A DNA stretch of 27,914 bases, taken from the IMG/VR virus record IMGVR_UViG_3300045988_111768. One strand, written 5' to 3'. The notes under the pieces were generated by a model. That model was given only the letters and a program-made list of their open reading frames with translations, made no database searches and was not told the DNA's origin. This document shows, piece by piece, positions 8,190 through 16,848 of the stretch. This DNA comes from a virus. How positions within the stretch are numbered: position 1 is the first letter of the stretch; each line of letters opens with the position of its first letter. Both the position numbers and the translations under genes were made by a program.

Positions 8190-8549
8190 ATGGCAGAAGA
8201 AACCCCGATTGTCATTGACACGCGCGAACAGACCGAAGCGCACACGTTGAAGCTGATTACCAGCGAACACCCCGAAGGCATGGTGTTCACAGTGCAGCCA
8301 ATGGGAGCTGGAACCTATCTGAAGTTCATGGATAAGGTGAAGGCGCTTCAGGCTTTGCAGCAGCAGGATATCAACGGCAAGCAGCTAATGAAGATTCAGT
8401 CGGACTTGTGTAAGCTGCTAGTCCCGCTCGTAAGCCCGGAAGAGGAATTCGCAGCGTGGATTACTGAAGCCGAGCAGAAGTACCCTCTCGCCTTCCAAAC
8501 CGTGATGAAGCAAATTATGCGCTTCGTTTTCGGCAAAGCCTACTTCTAA
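8190..8549 (+). CDS. Tail assembly chaperone (gpG position)
   Basis: 119-aa acidic protein between the major tail and tape measure genes. Confidence 0.65.
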   Translation: MAEETPIVIDTREQTEAHTLKLITSEHPEGMVFTVQPMGAGTYLKFMDKVKALQALQQQDINGKQLMKIQSDLCKLLVPLVSPEEEFAAWITEAEQKYPLAFQTVMKQIMRFVFGKAYF

Positions 8550-8563
8550 AGCGGGTTTAGTCG

Positions 8564-8908
8564 ATGGCGGTTCACAAGGTCATTGACGATTTTACGCCGG
8601 AGCAGCTGGCAAAACTCAAGGCAATCAAGGCTAAGAGTGGTGCTAGGGCTTCGGCGTTTTATCGTGATAAGGAAATGTTACTGGCCGAGTTCGGGCGATA
8701 CTACGGTTGGCAAGCCGTTCGTGACGTTATGACGGACAGAGTGGCATACGAGACGTTCATAGCCTTGCTCAATGCAGGGCGTGCGTTGCGGCTCCGTGAA
8801 CGTATCGAGTCCACGCAGGACACGGCGGCAGCGATCGGAGCAGTCTTAAGCAAGAAACCGGGACAGGCATTACGCAAATACTTGAAGAAACTGGAGAAGG
8901 GAATCTAA
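8564..8908 (+). CDS. Second tail assembly chaperone-position protein (gpT position, separately initiated)
   Basis: 114-aa ORF ending one base before the tape measure ATG. The frame upstream of its ATG is closed by TAG at 8558-8560, so it cannot be a -1 frameshift extension of 8190-8549. Confidence 0.6.
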   Translation: MAVHKVIDDFTPEQLAKLKAIKAKSGARASAFYRDKEMLLAEFGRYYGWQAVRDVMTDRVAYETFIALLNAGRALRLRERIESTQDTAAAIGAVLSKKPGQALRKYLKKLEKGI

Positions 8909-11317
8909 ATGGCTCAGGCAGGCGAAATTAGATTCGATGCGATTATAGACACGTCGGACTATGACAGTGGTGCCAAGCGCATCCAGACGGCTACATCTAA
9001 AATCGAGGATAGTGCAGGACAGGCCGACAAGGCAATAGGCGATATCGGCAAGAACGCGGGTAGTGGAGCGCCTAAAATCAAGGACGCATTCTCGAAAACG
9101 TTCGACGGTATCGGTGAGCTGGCTGACAGTCTAGGTGTAAGCCTACCGGGCAAGCTTGTCAAAGTCGCGTCCATCGGCGGTGCTCTGGCTGCTGTAGGCG
9201 GCGTGTTCAAAACCGGTTTCGACACTGCCATGTCGCAGATTGACGTTCAGGGCACTTTGGACGCTCAGCTAGGCCGCGGCACAGAAGGGGCGAAGAACGC
9301 CGGTATGGTCGCAGGCCGCCTATACCGTGAGGGATGGGGCGAGAGCCTAGCCGACGTTGCCGACGTGGCAAGCAATGTCGCGCAGGTGATTCGCGGCATC
9401 GGTGAGAACGATTTGCAGACAGTGACTCGCGCTACCGAGGTGTGGGCGGGAACGTTCGACGCTGATGCGGGCGAGTCGATTCGTGGCGTTAACGTGTTGA
9501 TGCAGAAGTTCGGTCTGAGTGCGACGGACGCAACCGACCTTATGACCAAGGGCATGCAAAACGGCTTGAACTACACCGACGAATTGGGCGACAATCTGGC
9601 CGAATACTCGGGACGTTGGGCTGAAGCCGGCACCAGCGCACAAGAGTACTTCTCGCTGCTTCAGGCCGGTGTGGACTCTGGAGCGTACCAGCTGGACAAG
9701 GTGGGCGACTTCCTCAATGAATTCCTGACATCGCTTACAGACGGTCGCATGGAAAAAGGCATGAGCGACTTCAGTCAAGGCACCCGAGACGTGTTCACCG
9801 AATTTCAGAACGGACGCGCCAAAGCGGAAGACGTGTTAAACGCCGTCATTGGTGAGTTGGGTCACATGACCGACAAGACCAAGGAAGCGAGCATTGCAAG
9901 CACCCTGTGGTCTAGTCTTGGCGAAGACAATGCTATGGGCATGATTGAAGCACTTGCCAACGTCCCGAACAAGTATCAGGACATTAAGGGCGCTACCGAC
10001 GCTGCTGCTGACAGCACTATGAGCATCGGGCAACAGTGGGAAGCGTTCAAGCGTACTCTTTCCGGCATGTTGGGTGACACGTTCACCCCGTTTGTCAAGG
10101 AGTTCATCAGCGGCCTTACAAGCATGTCGCAGCAGTTCGTGGCGTTTGTGAACTCTGTTGATTGGAGTTTCCTCGGCAACAGTCTCAACGCCCTTGGCGT
10201 GGTATTTGGTACCGCTTTCGCTGCTGTCGTGCCGACGCTGCGAACCGTGGTCGATGCCATGTCTGCTATGTCGCAGTGGTTTGTAGACAATAGCACTGCT
10301 GTGACTACCGCGCTTGTGGCTATCGGCGTCGGCTTCGGAGTGTTCAAGGTGGCTTCGATTGTTACGACTGTGGTCACTGCGCTTCAGGGCTTCAGTCTCG
10401 CGGCCAATATGGCATCTATCGCGCAGTGGGCTTTTAATGCGGCGATGAGTGCGAACCCGATTATACTGGTGATTTCGCTTGTCGCTGCTCTTGTGGCCGG
10501 GCTGGTGTATTTCTTCACACAGACTCAGATCGGCAAGCAGCTGTGGAGTGATTTCACGGCCACGCTTGCGAGCCTGTGGAGTGCGCTTAGCAGCAGACTG
10601 ATAAGCCTGTGGGGCAATATCACTTCCGCGCTTGCAGCTGCGGGCGGACAAATCAAGGCCATTTGGAGTAGCGTCACGGCGTTTGTCGCCACCGTGCCGG
10701 GAAGAATGAGCGGGTTTTTCGCCGGTATCGGTGAGCGTATCGGCGGTTTCTTCAGTGGCGTTGGCAGTGCAATCGGATCGCGGTTCGACAGTGCCGTATC
10801 CTACGTTCGTGGTATCCCCGGTAAAATTCGGGCTGCGTTCGGCAATGTTGGGAGCCTGCTGACTGGTGTCGGCAGTGACCTTGTGGCCGGGCTGATTAAC
10901 GGCATCAGCAGTCGAATCGGCGGCGTTATCGAGAAATGCCGTTCACTTGCCAGTTCGGCGGTTGATACCGTGAAAAGCTTCCTTAAAATCGGCTCGCCGT
11001 CGCGCGTGTTCCGCGATGAGGTCGGCCAGTGGATCCCTGCCGGTATCGCCGTAGGCGTTGACAAGGGACTGCCGGAATTGCAGGATACTTTGGCGGCTGG
11101 CCTTGATGCCATCATTCGTCCTATCCCGCAGGCTTTGAGCGATGATATGCCGCTGCCGCTATCAAAAATCGACGGTAAGATTGACAGTAGTGTTATGCCG
11201 CTCGAAGCCAATACCACGACCACGACCACTGTCAATGCGCCTATCACTGTGCAGACAAGTGACCCGGAAGCGGCTGGCCGTGCCGCTGCGCGTCAAATCA
11301 GCTTCTATCTCCTGTGA
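8909..11317 (+). CDS. Tape measure protein
   Basis: 802 aa. The sequence is helical and Ala/Gly-rich, with a central hydrophobic block (TALVAIGVGFGVFKVASIVTTVVTAL..., PIILVISLVAALVAGLVYFF). The position is canonical. Confidence 0.9.
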   Translation: MAQAGEIRFDAIIDTSDYDSGAKRIQTATSKIEDSAGQADKAIGDIGKNAGSGAPKIKDAFSKTFDGIGELADSLGVSLPGKLVKVASIGGALAAVGGVFKTGFDTAMSQIDVQGTLDAQLGRGTEGAKNAGMVAGRLYREGWGESLADVADVASNVAQVIRGIGENDLQTVTRATEVWAGTFDADAGESIRGVNVLMQKFGLSATDATDLMTKGMQNGLNYTDELGDNLAEYSGRWAEAGTSAQEYFSLLQAGVDSGAYQLDKVGDFLNEFLTSLTDGRMEKGMSDFSQGTRDVFTEFQNGRAKAEDVLNAVIGELGHMTDKTKEASIASTLWSSLGEDNAMGMIEALANVPNKYQDIKGATDAAADSTMSIGQQWEAFKRTLSGMLGDTFTPFVKEFISGLTSMSQQFVAFVNSVDWSFLGNSLNALGVVFGTAFAAVVPTLRTVVDAMSAMSQWFVDNSTAVTTALVAIGVGFGVFKVASIVTTVVTALQGFSLAANMASIAQWAFNAAMSANPIILVISLVAALVAGLVYFFTQTQIGKQLWSDFTATLASLWSALSSRLISLWGNITSALAAAGGQIKAIWSSVTAFVATVPGRMSGFFAGIGERIGGFFSGVGSAIGSRFDSAVSYVRGIPGKIRAAFGNVGSLLTGVGSDLVAGLINGISSRIGGVIEKCRSLASSAVDTVKSFLKIGSPSRVFRDEVGQWIPAGIAVGVDKGLPELQDTLAAGLDAIIRPIPQALSDDMPLPLSKIDGKIDSSVMPLEANTTTTTTVNAPITVQTSDPEAAGRAAARQISFYLL

Positions 11318-11325
11318 GGTGATTC

Positions 11326-12198
11326 ATGTTAGCTTTCCCTACTGATAGACTGGATGTCCAGCTAAATCTTAACGGCTTCCGTCTTAATGGCGTGGACTCG
11401 CGCGGCGTGTTCTGGCATACGACGTTCGGCAAGGTGTCTGGCTTGTTCGATGGCGTGGGCACGTCGCTCAAAACCACACAAAAGACATGGAACGACGGCG
11501 CTTACTCCAATATTCCCGTTCGTGCCGGGCGCACGATCACTATTGCCGGATGGCTCATGGGACAGTGTACGCCTACGCTTGTAGACGCATGGACTGATTT
11601 CAAAACCGCACTGCAAGTCGGGGAGCAGCAGTTGCGCGTGACGTTTGACGGAGTAAGCCTAGCCTGCACTGTGATGCAGGCATCTGCACCATTGATTAAG
11701 TGGGAGGGGCGTACTGTGCTCTCGTACTCCGTCGAATTGTTCGCTTGTGACCCGCGCCTGTATTCCGACGTGCTATTATCCGCTTCGACCGGTTTGCCGT
11801 CTTCAGTCGGCGGCATGACCTTCCCCTATGCATTTGGCGGTGATGGTAGTCAGTGGGCTTTCGCTGAGCGTGTGACAAGCGGCACTGTCACACTCAATAA
11901 TGACGGCGACACCGATTCGCCGGTGACTATCAAGATAACCGGCCCCGTGGTCAATCCTATGGTCGAGCATTCCAGCGGTAAACGCCTGCAATTGTTGCAG
12001 ACGCTCGGCGCAGGGCATTACGTTGTCTTCGATGGCAGGTCGAAGCAGGTGCTTTTGGATGGGAGCGACCCGGCGCGTAATGTGCTGTTTCGTGAGTGGG
12101 CTAACGCTTCAGTGGGGCAAAACACGTGGCGTTTCAGCAGCGCGGAGTACAATCCGCAAGCACGAATGACGGTTAGCTTCCGGGAAGCGTACATCTGA
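11326..12198 (+). CDS. Distal tail protein (Dit-like)
   Basis: 290-aa ORF immediately after the tape measure gene, with SD GAGGTGA. This is the typical siphovirus order. Confidence 0.7.
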   Translation: MLAFPTDRLDVQLNLNGFRLNGVDSRGVFWHTTFGKVSGLFDGVGTSLKTTQKTWNDGAYSNIPVRAGRTITIAGWLMGQCTPTLVDAWTDFKTALQVGEQQLRVTFDGVSLACTVMQASAPLIKWEGRTVLSYSVELFACDPRLYSDVLLSASTGLPSSVGGMTFPYAFGGDGSQWAFAERVTSGTVTLNNDGDTDSPVTIKITGPVVNPMVEHSSGKRLQLLQTLGAGHYVVFDGRSKQVLLDGSDPARNVLFREWANASVGQNTWRFSSAEYNPQARMTVSFREAYI

Positions 12199-13256
12199 TG
12201 GCAGACGGTATTAATTTTCTTGCGGTGTCCTTGGTCGATGGTCACGTCTTGTGTGAGCTGCCCGACTTGCAGGTGTCCGAAATGATAATCCGCTTGGAGG
12301 AAGCGAGCAGTACAAGCGCCACACTGCCCTTGCGTAATGCGCCGATTAACTGGGAACCAGCTACCCGCGCATATTGTTGCGCGGTATTGGCCGTCACTGA
12401 CTCTATGCTTCCCTTGTGGGGCGGCATCGTGGTCAAGCGCAGCAGGGAGCTTGCCGCGGGAACCGTAACCCTGACTTTGGAGACTGTGGAAACGTATTTG
12501 GCGCGTTTGTACACTCCAGCCGTGTCGTTTTCCAAGCAGCCGCAGAGCGAGATTTTCCGGCAGCTTGTGGACTCGTGCATGAGCGGCCACGATTTTAATT
12601 ATGCGCTGGACATTGAGGACAGCAGTGTTATCCGCGACAGGCAATACACGGCGGATAACAAAACGCTTTTGTCGGCCTTGCAGGACTTGAGCAGCGTCAT
12701 TAACGGCATCGAGTGGGAGTCGTATTGGAGGGCTGACGGCGACGGTTCCTTCACGCCGGTGTTCCATTGCGCGGACAGGCTCGGCGGCACTATGCCGATG
12801 CATGTGGCGTTGAGTCAGTTGGCTGCGGCGACTTACCTTGAGGATTACTCGTCTTCGTATGGTGCGAATCGCGTGCAGGCCGTGAGTGGTTCCGGTGATA
12901 CGGCTTTACGCTCCTCATGGCATCAGGTTGAGCAGACCAGCAGGCCGGTGGTGGATTACATCTATTCCGCTAATGATTCCGTGGTTGTACAGGATACCTT
13001 GGAGGGTTACGCATCGCAGAATCTTAAGGCGTTGCAGGACGGCACAAACAGTCTTACCGTGGGGCTGCCTTTGCTGGACAGTCTCAGCTTCTGGACGCTA
13101 ATACGAATGGGCGACCCGCTGGCGATTGACTTTGATGATGACAATGTGTGTTTCCCCGACGTGCGCGAATATACGGCGCGTATCATTGGGGCTAAATATT
13201 CGTTCGGTCAGGGTGGGTGGCTTATCGAGCCGACCTTGCAAAAAATGGAGGAATGA
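12198..13256 (+). CDS. Minor tail or tail-tip protein (Tal-position)
   Basis: 352-aa ORF whose start overlaps the Dit stop (TGATG). Synteny supports the call. Confidence 0.7.
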   Translation: MADGINFLAVSLVDGHVLCELPDLQVSEMIIRLEEASSTSATLPLRNAPINWEPATRAYCCAVLAVTDSMLPLWGGIVVKRSRELAAGTVTLTLETVETYLARLYTPAVSFSKQPQSEIFRQLVDSCMSGHDFNYALDIEDSSVIRDRQYTADNKTLLSALQDLSSVINGIEWESYWRADGDGSFTPVFHCADRLGGTMPMHVALSQLAAATYLEDYSSSYGANRVQAVSGSGDTALRSSWHQVEQTSRPVVDYIYSANDSVVVQDTLEGYASQNLKALQDGTNSLTVGLPLLDSLSFWTLIRMGDPLAIDFDDDNVCFPDVREYTARIIGAKYSFGQGGWLIEPTLQKMEE

Positions 13257-13489
13257 TAGTGGGAGGTAAATTCAAGTATTCACTTACCGGCGCTGATGCG
13301 ATTGCACGCAAATTCGCCATGCAAGATGCTAAGATTTTTCACGCGGCGCTTGGCTCTTCGGCTGTGGCCGCTGCCGTCGATGACGTTAGCGCATTGTCGG
13401 ATGATACAACAATCGCTGGACGTTTGGAACTGCTAGAATCAAGGGTGGAAGATTTGGAAAACCGTTTGAAAAAACTGGAGATGAAATAA
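13253..13489 (+). CDS. Small coiled-coil tail-associated protein
   Basis: ATG at 13253, or GTG at 13259 lying 6 nt after GGAGGA. The C-terminal heptad-like segment is RLELLESRVEDLENRLKKLEMK. The start choice is uncertain. Confidence 0.55.
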   Translation: MIVGGKFKYSLTGADAIARKFAMQDAKIFHAALGSSAVAAAVDDVSALSDDTTIAGRLELLESRVEDLENRLKKLEMK

Positions 13490-14404
13490 TTGGCTATTGT
13501 CGCGCACCCATTGACAGCAGTAGACGGCGCACCGGTATACACTGCGCAGGATTATCGTTTTGCCGTCAATCCTTTTATCGCACCAGCTCCGGCAGCTTCC
13601 AAGCCGTTCGCCTGCTATCAGGGTGTGCGCGGCGGGGCTGTCTCTCCGCTGGTTAAGATCGATGGCATCACAGTGCTTGTCAAATCTCATGCCGGTATCC
13701 TGTGCCCTTGGCAGTCGCATGGCGCATACTCGTATGCCTTCACAACTGACATGTCTGTTAAGGTGCCGGACACCACAGGGTCTTACAAGGTCGCCGTGAT
13801 TCTCACCGATCCTAGCCTAGGACATGGCGACACGCCAAAGGCCGCGCTTAACGTCTATCCGAGCGCTACGCCTGATGAGTCGATTCCGGGTCTTGTCCTT
13901 GCCGTGGTCGATGCAGGTGTGGCAAGCGATGTGGCGTTGCGTCTTAACGGGGATGGCAGCATTACAGTGCCATCCGTGGATGCTTTAGGCTCTTTTAGCG
14001 GCTGCGATGGACAAAGAGCGCATGCCGATGGCAGGGATTACGTGCGCACTAGCGGGAAATGGGTTTTCGACGGAGCCTTCACCGAAGCGGACTTTACCAA
14101 TCCTAACCACGTCGGCTGGAACATCATCCAAATTCGTGGCAGTGTGCATGCTGGTATCGCATCAGGCATGTTCTGGGCTAACCGCAAGACCGAGTGGAAC
14201 GCGAAAGCGTGGGACAATAGCCCAATTGTCTCCATACCTGACTATCTTAAGGCCGTCAACATTGATACGCATTTTACAACATCATCCAGCAACGTCCTGC
14301 TTCAGGTGATTTCTAGCATCATTGCGATACGCCCTGCTGTGGACAAGGTGTTTCATACCGGCGAATGGTATTCGGCGAGCTTCACTTATCAGCTTTTGCC
14401 GTAA
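13490..14404 (+). CDS. Minor tail protein or candidate receptor-binding protein
   Basis: 304-aa ORF with a TTG start 9 nt after GGAG. It is the last structural gene before the lysis cassette. The N-terminus (AHPLTAVDGAPVYTAQDYRFAVNPF) resembles actinophage minor tail proteins, from memory only. Confidence 0.6.
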   Translation: MAIVAHPLTAVDGAPVYTAQDYRFAVNPFIAPAPAASKPFACYQGVRGGAVSPLVKIDGITVLVKSHAGILCPWQSHGAYSYAFTTDMSVKVPDTTGSYKVAVILTDPSLGHGDTPKAALNVYPSATPDESIPGLVLAVVDAGVASDVALRLNGDGSITVPSVDALGSFSGCDGQRAHADGRDYVRTSGKWVFDGAFTEADFTNPNHVGWNIIQIRGSVHAGIASGMFWANRKTEWNAKAWDNSPIVSIPDYLKAVNIDTHFTTSSSNVLLQVISSIIAIRPAVDKVFHTGEWYSASFTYQLLP

Positions 14405-14410
14405 GGTGGT

Positions 14411-14704
14411 GTGTCTGTGTCGGGTTTGATCGCCGCGGTAATTGGGTCTAACGCTTTTTTGACTGTCGTGACGTGGCTGTTGCAGCGTGTTGATTCGCGC
14501 CGTGACCCTCTGCGCGATGGTGTCCGTGAGCTGCTTTTCTGCAAGCTTGAGGCACTGCACTTGCGCATGGTGGATAATGACGGCGTTATGAGCGTGCCTG
14601 ACAAGGAGACTGCCGAGCGTATTTATGATTCTTATCATGCTTTGGGTGGGAATGGTGTTGGTACGCGCATGATTGCCGAAATTCGTCAGGCTCATATCAA
14701 ATAA
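14411..14704 (+). CDS. Small membrane protein (one N-terminal TM), possible holin or lysis accessory protein
   Basis: GTG start. The TM segment is GLIAAVIGSNAFLTVVTWLL. It lies directly upstream of the endolysin gene. Confidence 0.55.
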   Translation: MSVSGLIAAVIGSNAFLTVVTWLLQRVDSRRDPLRDGVRELLFCKLEALHLRMVDNDGVMSVPDKETAERIYDSYHALGGNGVGTRMIAEIRQAHIK

Positions 14705-14725
14705 TCATCCAAGGAGGTAAAAATA

Positions 14726-15451
14726 ATGGTTAATACAGCGGTTCAGGCTCTTGCCAAGGCACGACAGGTTCACAGCGGGTATGGTGGCTATTGTCTCAAG
14801 TTCGTACAGGACTGCTACGGCGCATCCGCGAAATATCCCAGTGCTATCGCGGCGTGGAATGCTTCGCAGCATAAGCACGTAACCAGCACAACGGCAGGCA
14901 TTCCACTCGGTGCGCCTATCTATATGACCAACGGCGGACGTTACGGACACGTCGCCATCTACGCCGGTAACGGCCAGATGATTACGACCAACAGCATCAC
15001 TAACAAGGTCGGCAGTGCATCCGTGCAGGGCTGGGTCAATTCCGGCTACAGGCTGCTCGGCTGGACTTCGGACATCGAAGACCAGATGATCCCGGGACTG
15101 GAAGCGGCCACCTCTTCCGTGCTTGCTGTTGACGGCAGCGCCGGAGCGGCTACAGTGCGCCGCTGGCAGCAGGTAATGGGCACTACCGTGGATGGAGTAA
15201 TCAGCGGACAGCAGCATGTTACCGGCAGGGGTTGGGGGCGTCCGGCAATTGAGCATTCCTTGCGGTATGGTCGTGGCGGTTCCGAGCTGATTCGTCGCGT
15301 GCAGCGTGCTTGTGGCGTGATGGCCGATGGTCTGCTTGGCCCTGATACTGTTCGCGCCATTCAGCGGCATCTTGGTGTGTCTGCGGATGGCTGGTTTGGT
15401 GCTGGGGCTGTTCGCGCGTTGCAGCAGCGTCTTAACACTGGCCGATTCTGA
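14726..15451 (+). CDS. Endolysin: papain-like (CHAP/NlpC-type) amidase or peptidase domain plus peptidoglycan-binding repeats
   Basis: Strong SD AAGGAGG. N-terminal Cys...His signature (GGYCLKFVQDCYG ... GRYGHVAIYAGNG). C-terminal repeats have PG_binding_1 character (GSAGAATVRRWQQVMG, ADGLLGPDTVRAIQRHLG, ADGWFGAGAVRALQQRL). Confidence 0.85.
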   Translation: MVNTAVQALAKARQVHSGYGGYCLKFVQDCYGASAKYPSAIAAWNASQHKHVTSTTAGIPLGAPIYMTNGGRYGHVAIYAGNGQMITTNSITNKVGSASVQGWVNSGYRLLGWTSDIEDQMIPGLEAATSSVLAVDGSAGAATVRRWQQVMGTTVDGVISGQQHVTGRGWGRPAIEHSLRYGRGGSELIRRVQRACGVMADGLLGPDTVRAIQRHLGVSADGWFGAGAVRALQQRLNTGRF

Positions 15452-15468
15452 GAGAGGTGGTGGAGATT

Positions 15469-15690
15469 ATGAAGCATGGCGCGGAGGATGCGCAGGATAC
15501 TGCTTATACGCCTGTGTTCAACAGCACGGTTCGCACTGTGGTTTATGTTGCCGGGCTTGTCGCGTCCGCGGTTGGTCTTGGCTTTATGACTTTCGGCGAT
15601 GCCGCGGTTGGCGGTTATATCAGCACTGTTGCGGGTTTGATTACGGCTGGTTTTGGTGTCGCGTATAATCCGCTGCGTGTTAACGGTTGA
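15469..15690 (+). CDS. Holin (two predicted TM helices)
   Basis: ATG at 15469 after GGTGGAG. TM segments are TVVYVAGLVASAVGLGFMTF and GYISTVAGLITAGFGVAY. It follows the endolysin gene. Confidence 0.7.
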   Translation: MKHGAEDAQDTAYTPVFNSTVRTVVYVAGLVASAVGLGFMTFGDAAVGGYISTVAGLITAGFGVAYNPLRVNG

Positions 15691-15721
15691 GCCTGTTACA
15701 GGGCTGATTACATGCGTTTAA

Positions 15722-15752
15722 GGGGGTGGCTGTGTTGGCTACCCCCTTTTTC
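15722..15752 (+). terminator. Rho-independent terminator at the convergence point of the late and early arms
   Basis: GGGGGTGGC-tgtgttg-GCTACCCCC followed by ttttttc. It is preceded by an A-poor flank, so it is mainly plus-strand. The minus-strand operon also ends here. Confidence 0.8.
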
Positions 15753-15779
15753 TGTCTCTATGCTGTTCGGCGTGTTTGC

Positions 15780-16001
15780 TCATGTTGCCATTTGACAAGA
15801 GCGGTGCCGTTCGACACCGTTTGTGTCCTCTTCGATCAGGCATAGCCATGTCGTGCCGTCAGTTTTTACTGTTTGGAGTCGTGGCGTGCAGCAGTGTGCA
15901 GGTGGCTGTTGTGGTGGGGCGATTGCGCATATTGCGCATATGCTGAGGATTGCCGCGAATATGGAGATGTTTACACTTATGATTAGCGGTAGATTTTTCA
16001 T
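15780..16001 (-). CDS. Small membrane or possible lipoprotein (73 aa), unknown function
   Basis: N-terminal hydrophobic segment is LPLIISVNISIFAAILSICAICAIA, with Cys residues after it. ATGA overlap couples it to the upstream gene. It is the last gene of the leftward arm. Confidence 0.55.
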   Translation of the reverse strand: MKNLPLIISVNISIFAAILSICAICAIAPPQQPPAHCCTPRLQTVKTDGTTWLCLIEEDTNGVERHRSCQMAT

Positions 16002-16234
16002 CCTTTATCCTCGCTTTGGTTGGGTACTTCGGACGGCATGGAGCCGGAATAGCCGAGCAGATGACGGCAATAATTGATTACATGCGCATAAGCCGTCGCC
16101 ATTCCGTCGTAAAAGTTGTATTTCAGCCTTCTTCGTCTGGTACCGGAAGCGTTATTAGCTGCTTCCCACTCTTTTTCCAGATAGTCGATGACTTGTTGTA
16201 ATGCTTTGTCTTTTTCGGTTACGTTCGTAGCCAT
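15998..16234 (-). CDS. Hypothetical protein (78 aa)
   Basis: SD GGAGAAAACC precedes the ATG. It is coupled to the downstream gene. No motif was recognised. Confidence 0.55.
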   Translation of the reverse strand: MATNVTEKDKALQQVIDYLEKEWEAANNASGTRRRRLKYNFYDGMATAYAHVINYCRHLLGYSGSMPSEVPNQSEDKG

Positions 16235-16243
16235 GGTTTTCTC

Positions 16244-16351
16244 CTAGTAGTTTACGGCTTCGGTGCGTGTAATGAAGAAGTGTATGCCGGTAGTGCATTC
16301 GACCCAACGGTTAATGTTGAAGCTTTCAACTGTTGCTGTTTTGATTTTCAT
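16244..16351 (-). CDS. Hypothetical micro-protein (35 aa, below the ORF-track cutoff)
   Basis: AAGGAAAGGAACCATAATG start context. Translation is MKIKTATVESFNINRWVECTTGIHFFITRTEAVNY. Stop is TAG at 16244-16246. Confidence 0.45.
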   Translation of the reverse strand: MKIKTATVESFNINRWVECTTGIHFFITRTEAVNY

Positions 16352-16378
16352 TATGGTTCCTTTCCTTTGGTTGTGCTC

Positions 16379-16762
16379 TCAATCATCCATAACCGTCAGC
16401 CCCTGCATGAGACTGTGGGACTGTCCGAGTTCCAATTGCATCGCCGGAATGATCAGCCGCGTGCAGAGTTTCGTCTCGTTTTGCACGCGCGGGCATCTTC
16501 TGCTGCTTGCCCAGTCTATTAGCTGCGGTTGCGTGCATCCGACTTTGTGCGCTGCTTCGCGCGTGGTCAGGCCAAGCAGCATGATGGCCGTTTTGATTCG
16601 TGCGCCTAGCATGATCTCGTCGCATGCGCCGCCGAGTGTTACCGGCTTCCATGTGCCTGCAAGCGTCTTTACTGCCAGTTGGCCGTACCGGTTTTGCCAT
16701 ATTTCGTGGTCTGCTTCGGCGTAGCTTACGAGTGTCCAGTCTGGTTTGTGTTGGTTTCCCAT
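16379..16762 (-). CDS. HTH DNA-binding protein (XRE/Cro-like HTH in the C-terminal half), candidate early regulator
   Basis: LGARIKTAIMLLGLTTREAAHKVGCTQPQLIDWASSRRCP is a classical XRE-type helix-turn-helix. SD is AGGAAGGA. Confidence 0.75.
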   Translation of the reverse strand: MGNQHKPDWTLVSYAEADHEIWQNRYGQLAVKTLAGTWKPVTLGGACDEIMLGARIKTAIMLLGLTTREAAHKVGCTQPQLIDWASSRRCPRVQNETKLCTRLIIPAMQLELGQSHSLMQGLTVMDD

Positions 16763-16805
16763 GTTTTATCCTTCCTGTGGTGTCGGTATTTGTGTTGTGT
16801 GGTGT

Positions 16806-16829
16806 GGGGCGTGTCTCTTGGCACGCCCC
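16806..16829. promoter_or_regulatory. Perfect palindrome or hairpin H1: GGGGCGTG-N8-CACGCCCC, between P1 and the HTH gene
   Basis: Read directly. No U-tract lies on the sense (minus) side. It is 23/24 identical to the reverse complement of H2 at 21065-21088. Confidence 0.7.
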
Positions 16830-16848
16830 TTAGTGGCAGATTCTTGTA

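Noticed and set aside
8520-8566. A programmed -1 ribosomal frameshift could join the two tail chaperone genes (a gpG/gpGT arrangement).
   Set aside because: The downstream ORF is in the -1 frame relative to 8190-8549, but that frame contains TAG at 8558-8560 just before the ATG at 8564. A -1 shift near the end of the first gene therefore terminates before reaching the second ORF. I also see no X XXY YYZ heptamer in the last codons (ATG CGC TTC GTT TTC GGC AAA GCC TAC TTC TAA).
16806-16829. H1, H2 and H3 could be called ordinary rho-independent terminators.
   Set aside because: None has a U-tract on the sense (minus) side; the downstream sequence is CA-rich. The next gene's SD follows within about 20-45 nt, which implies read-through. 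I kept them as regulatory hairpins or palindromes, and U-less I-shaped termination or attenuation remains a possibility.
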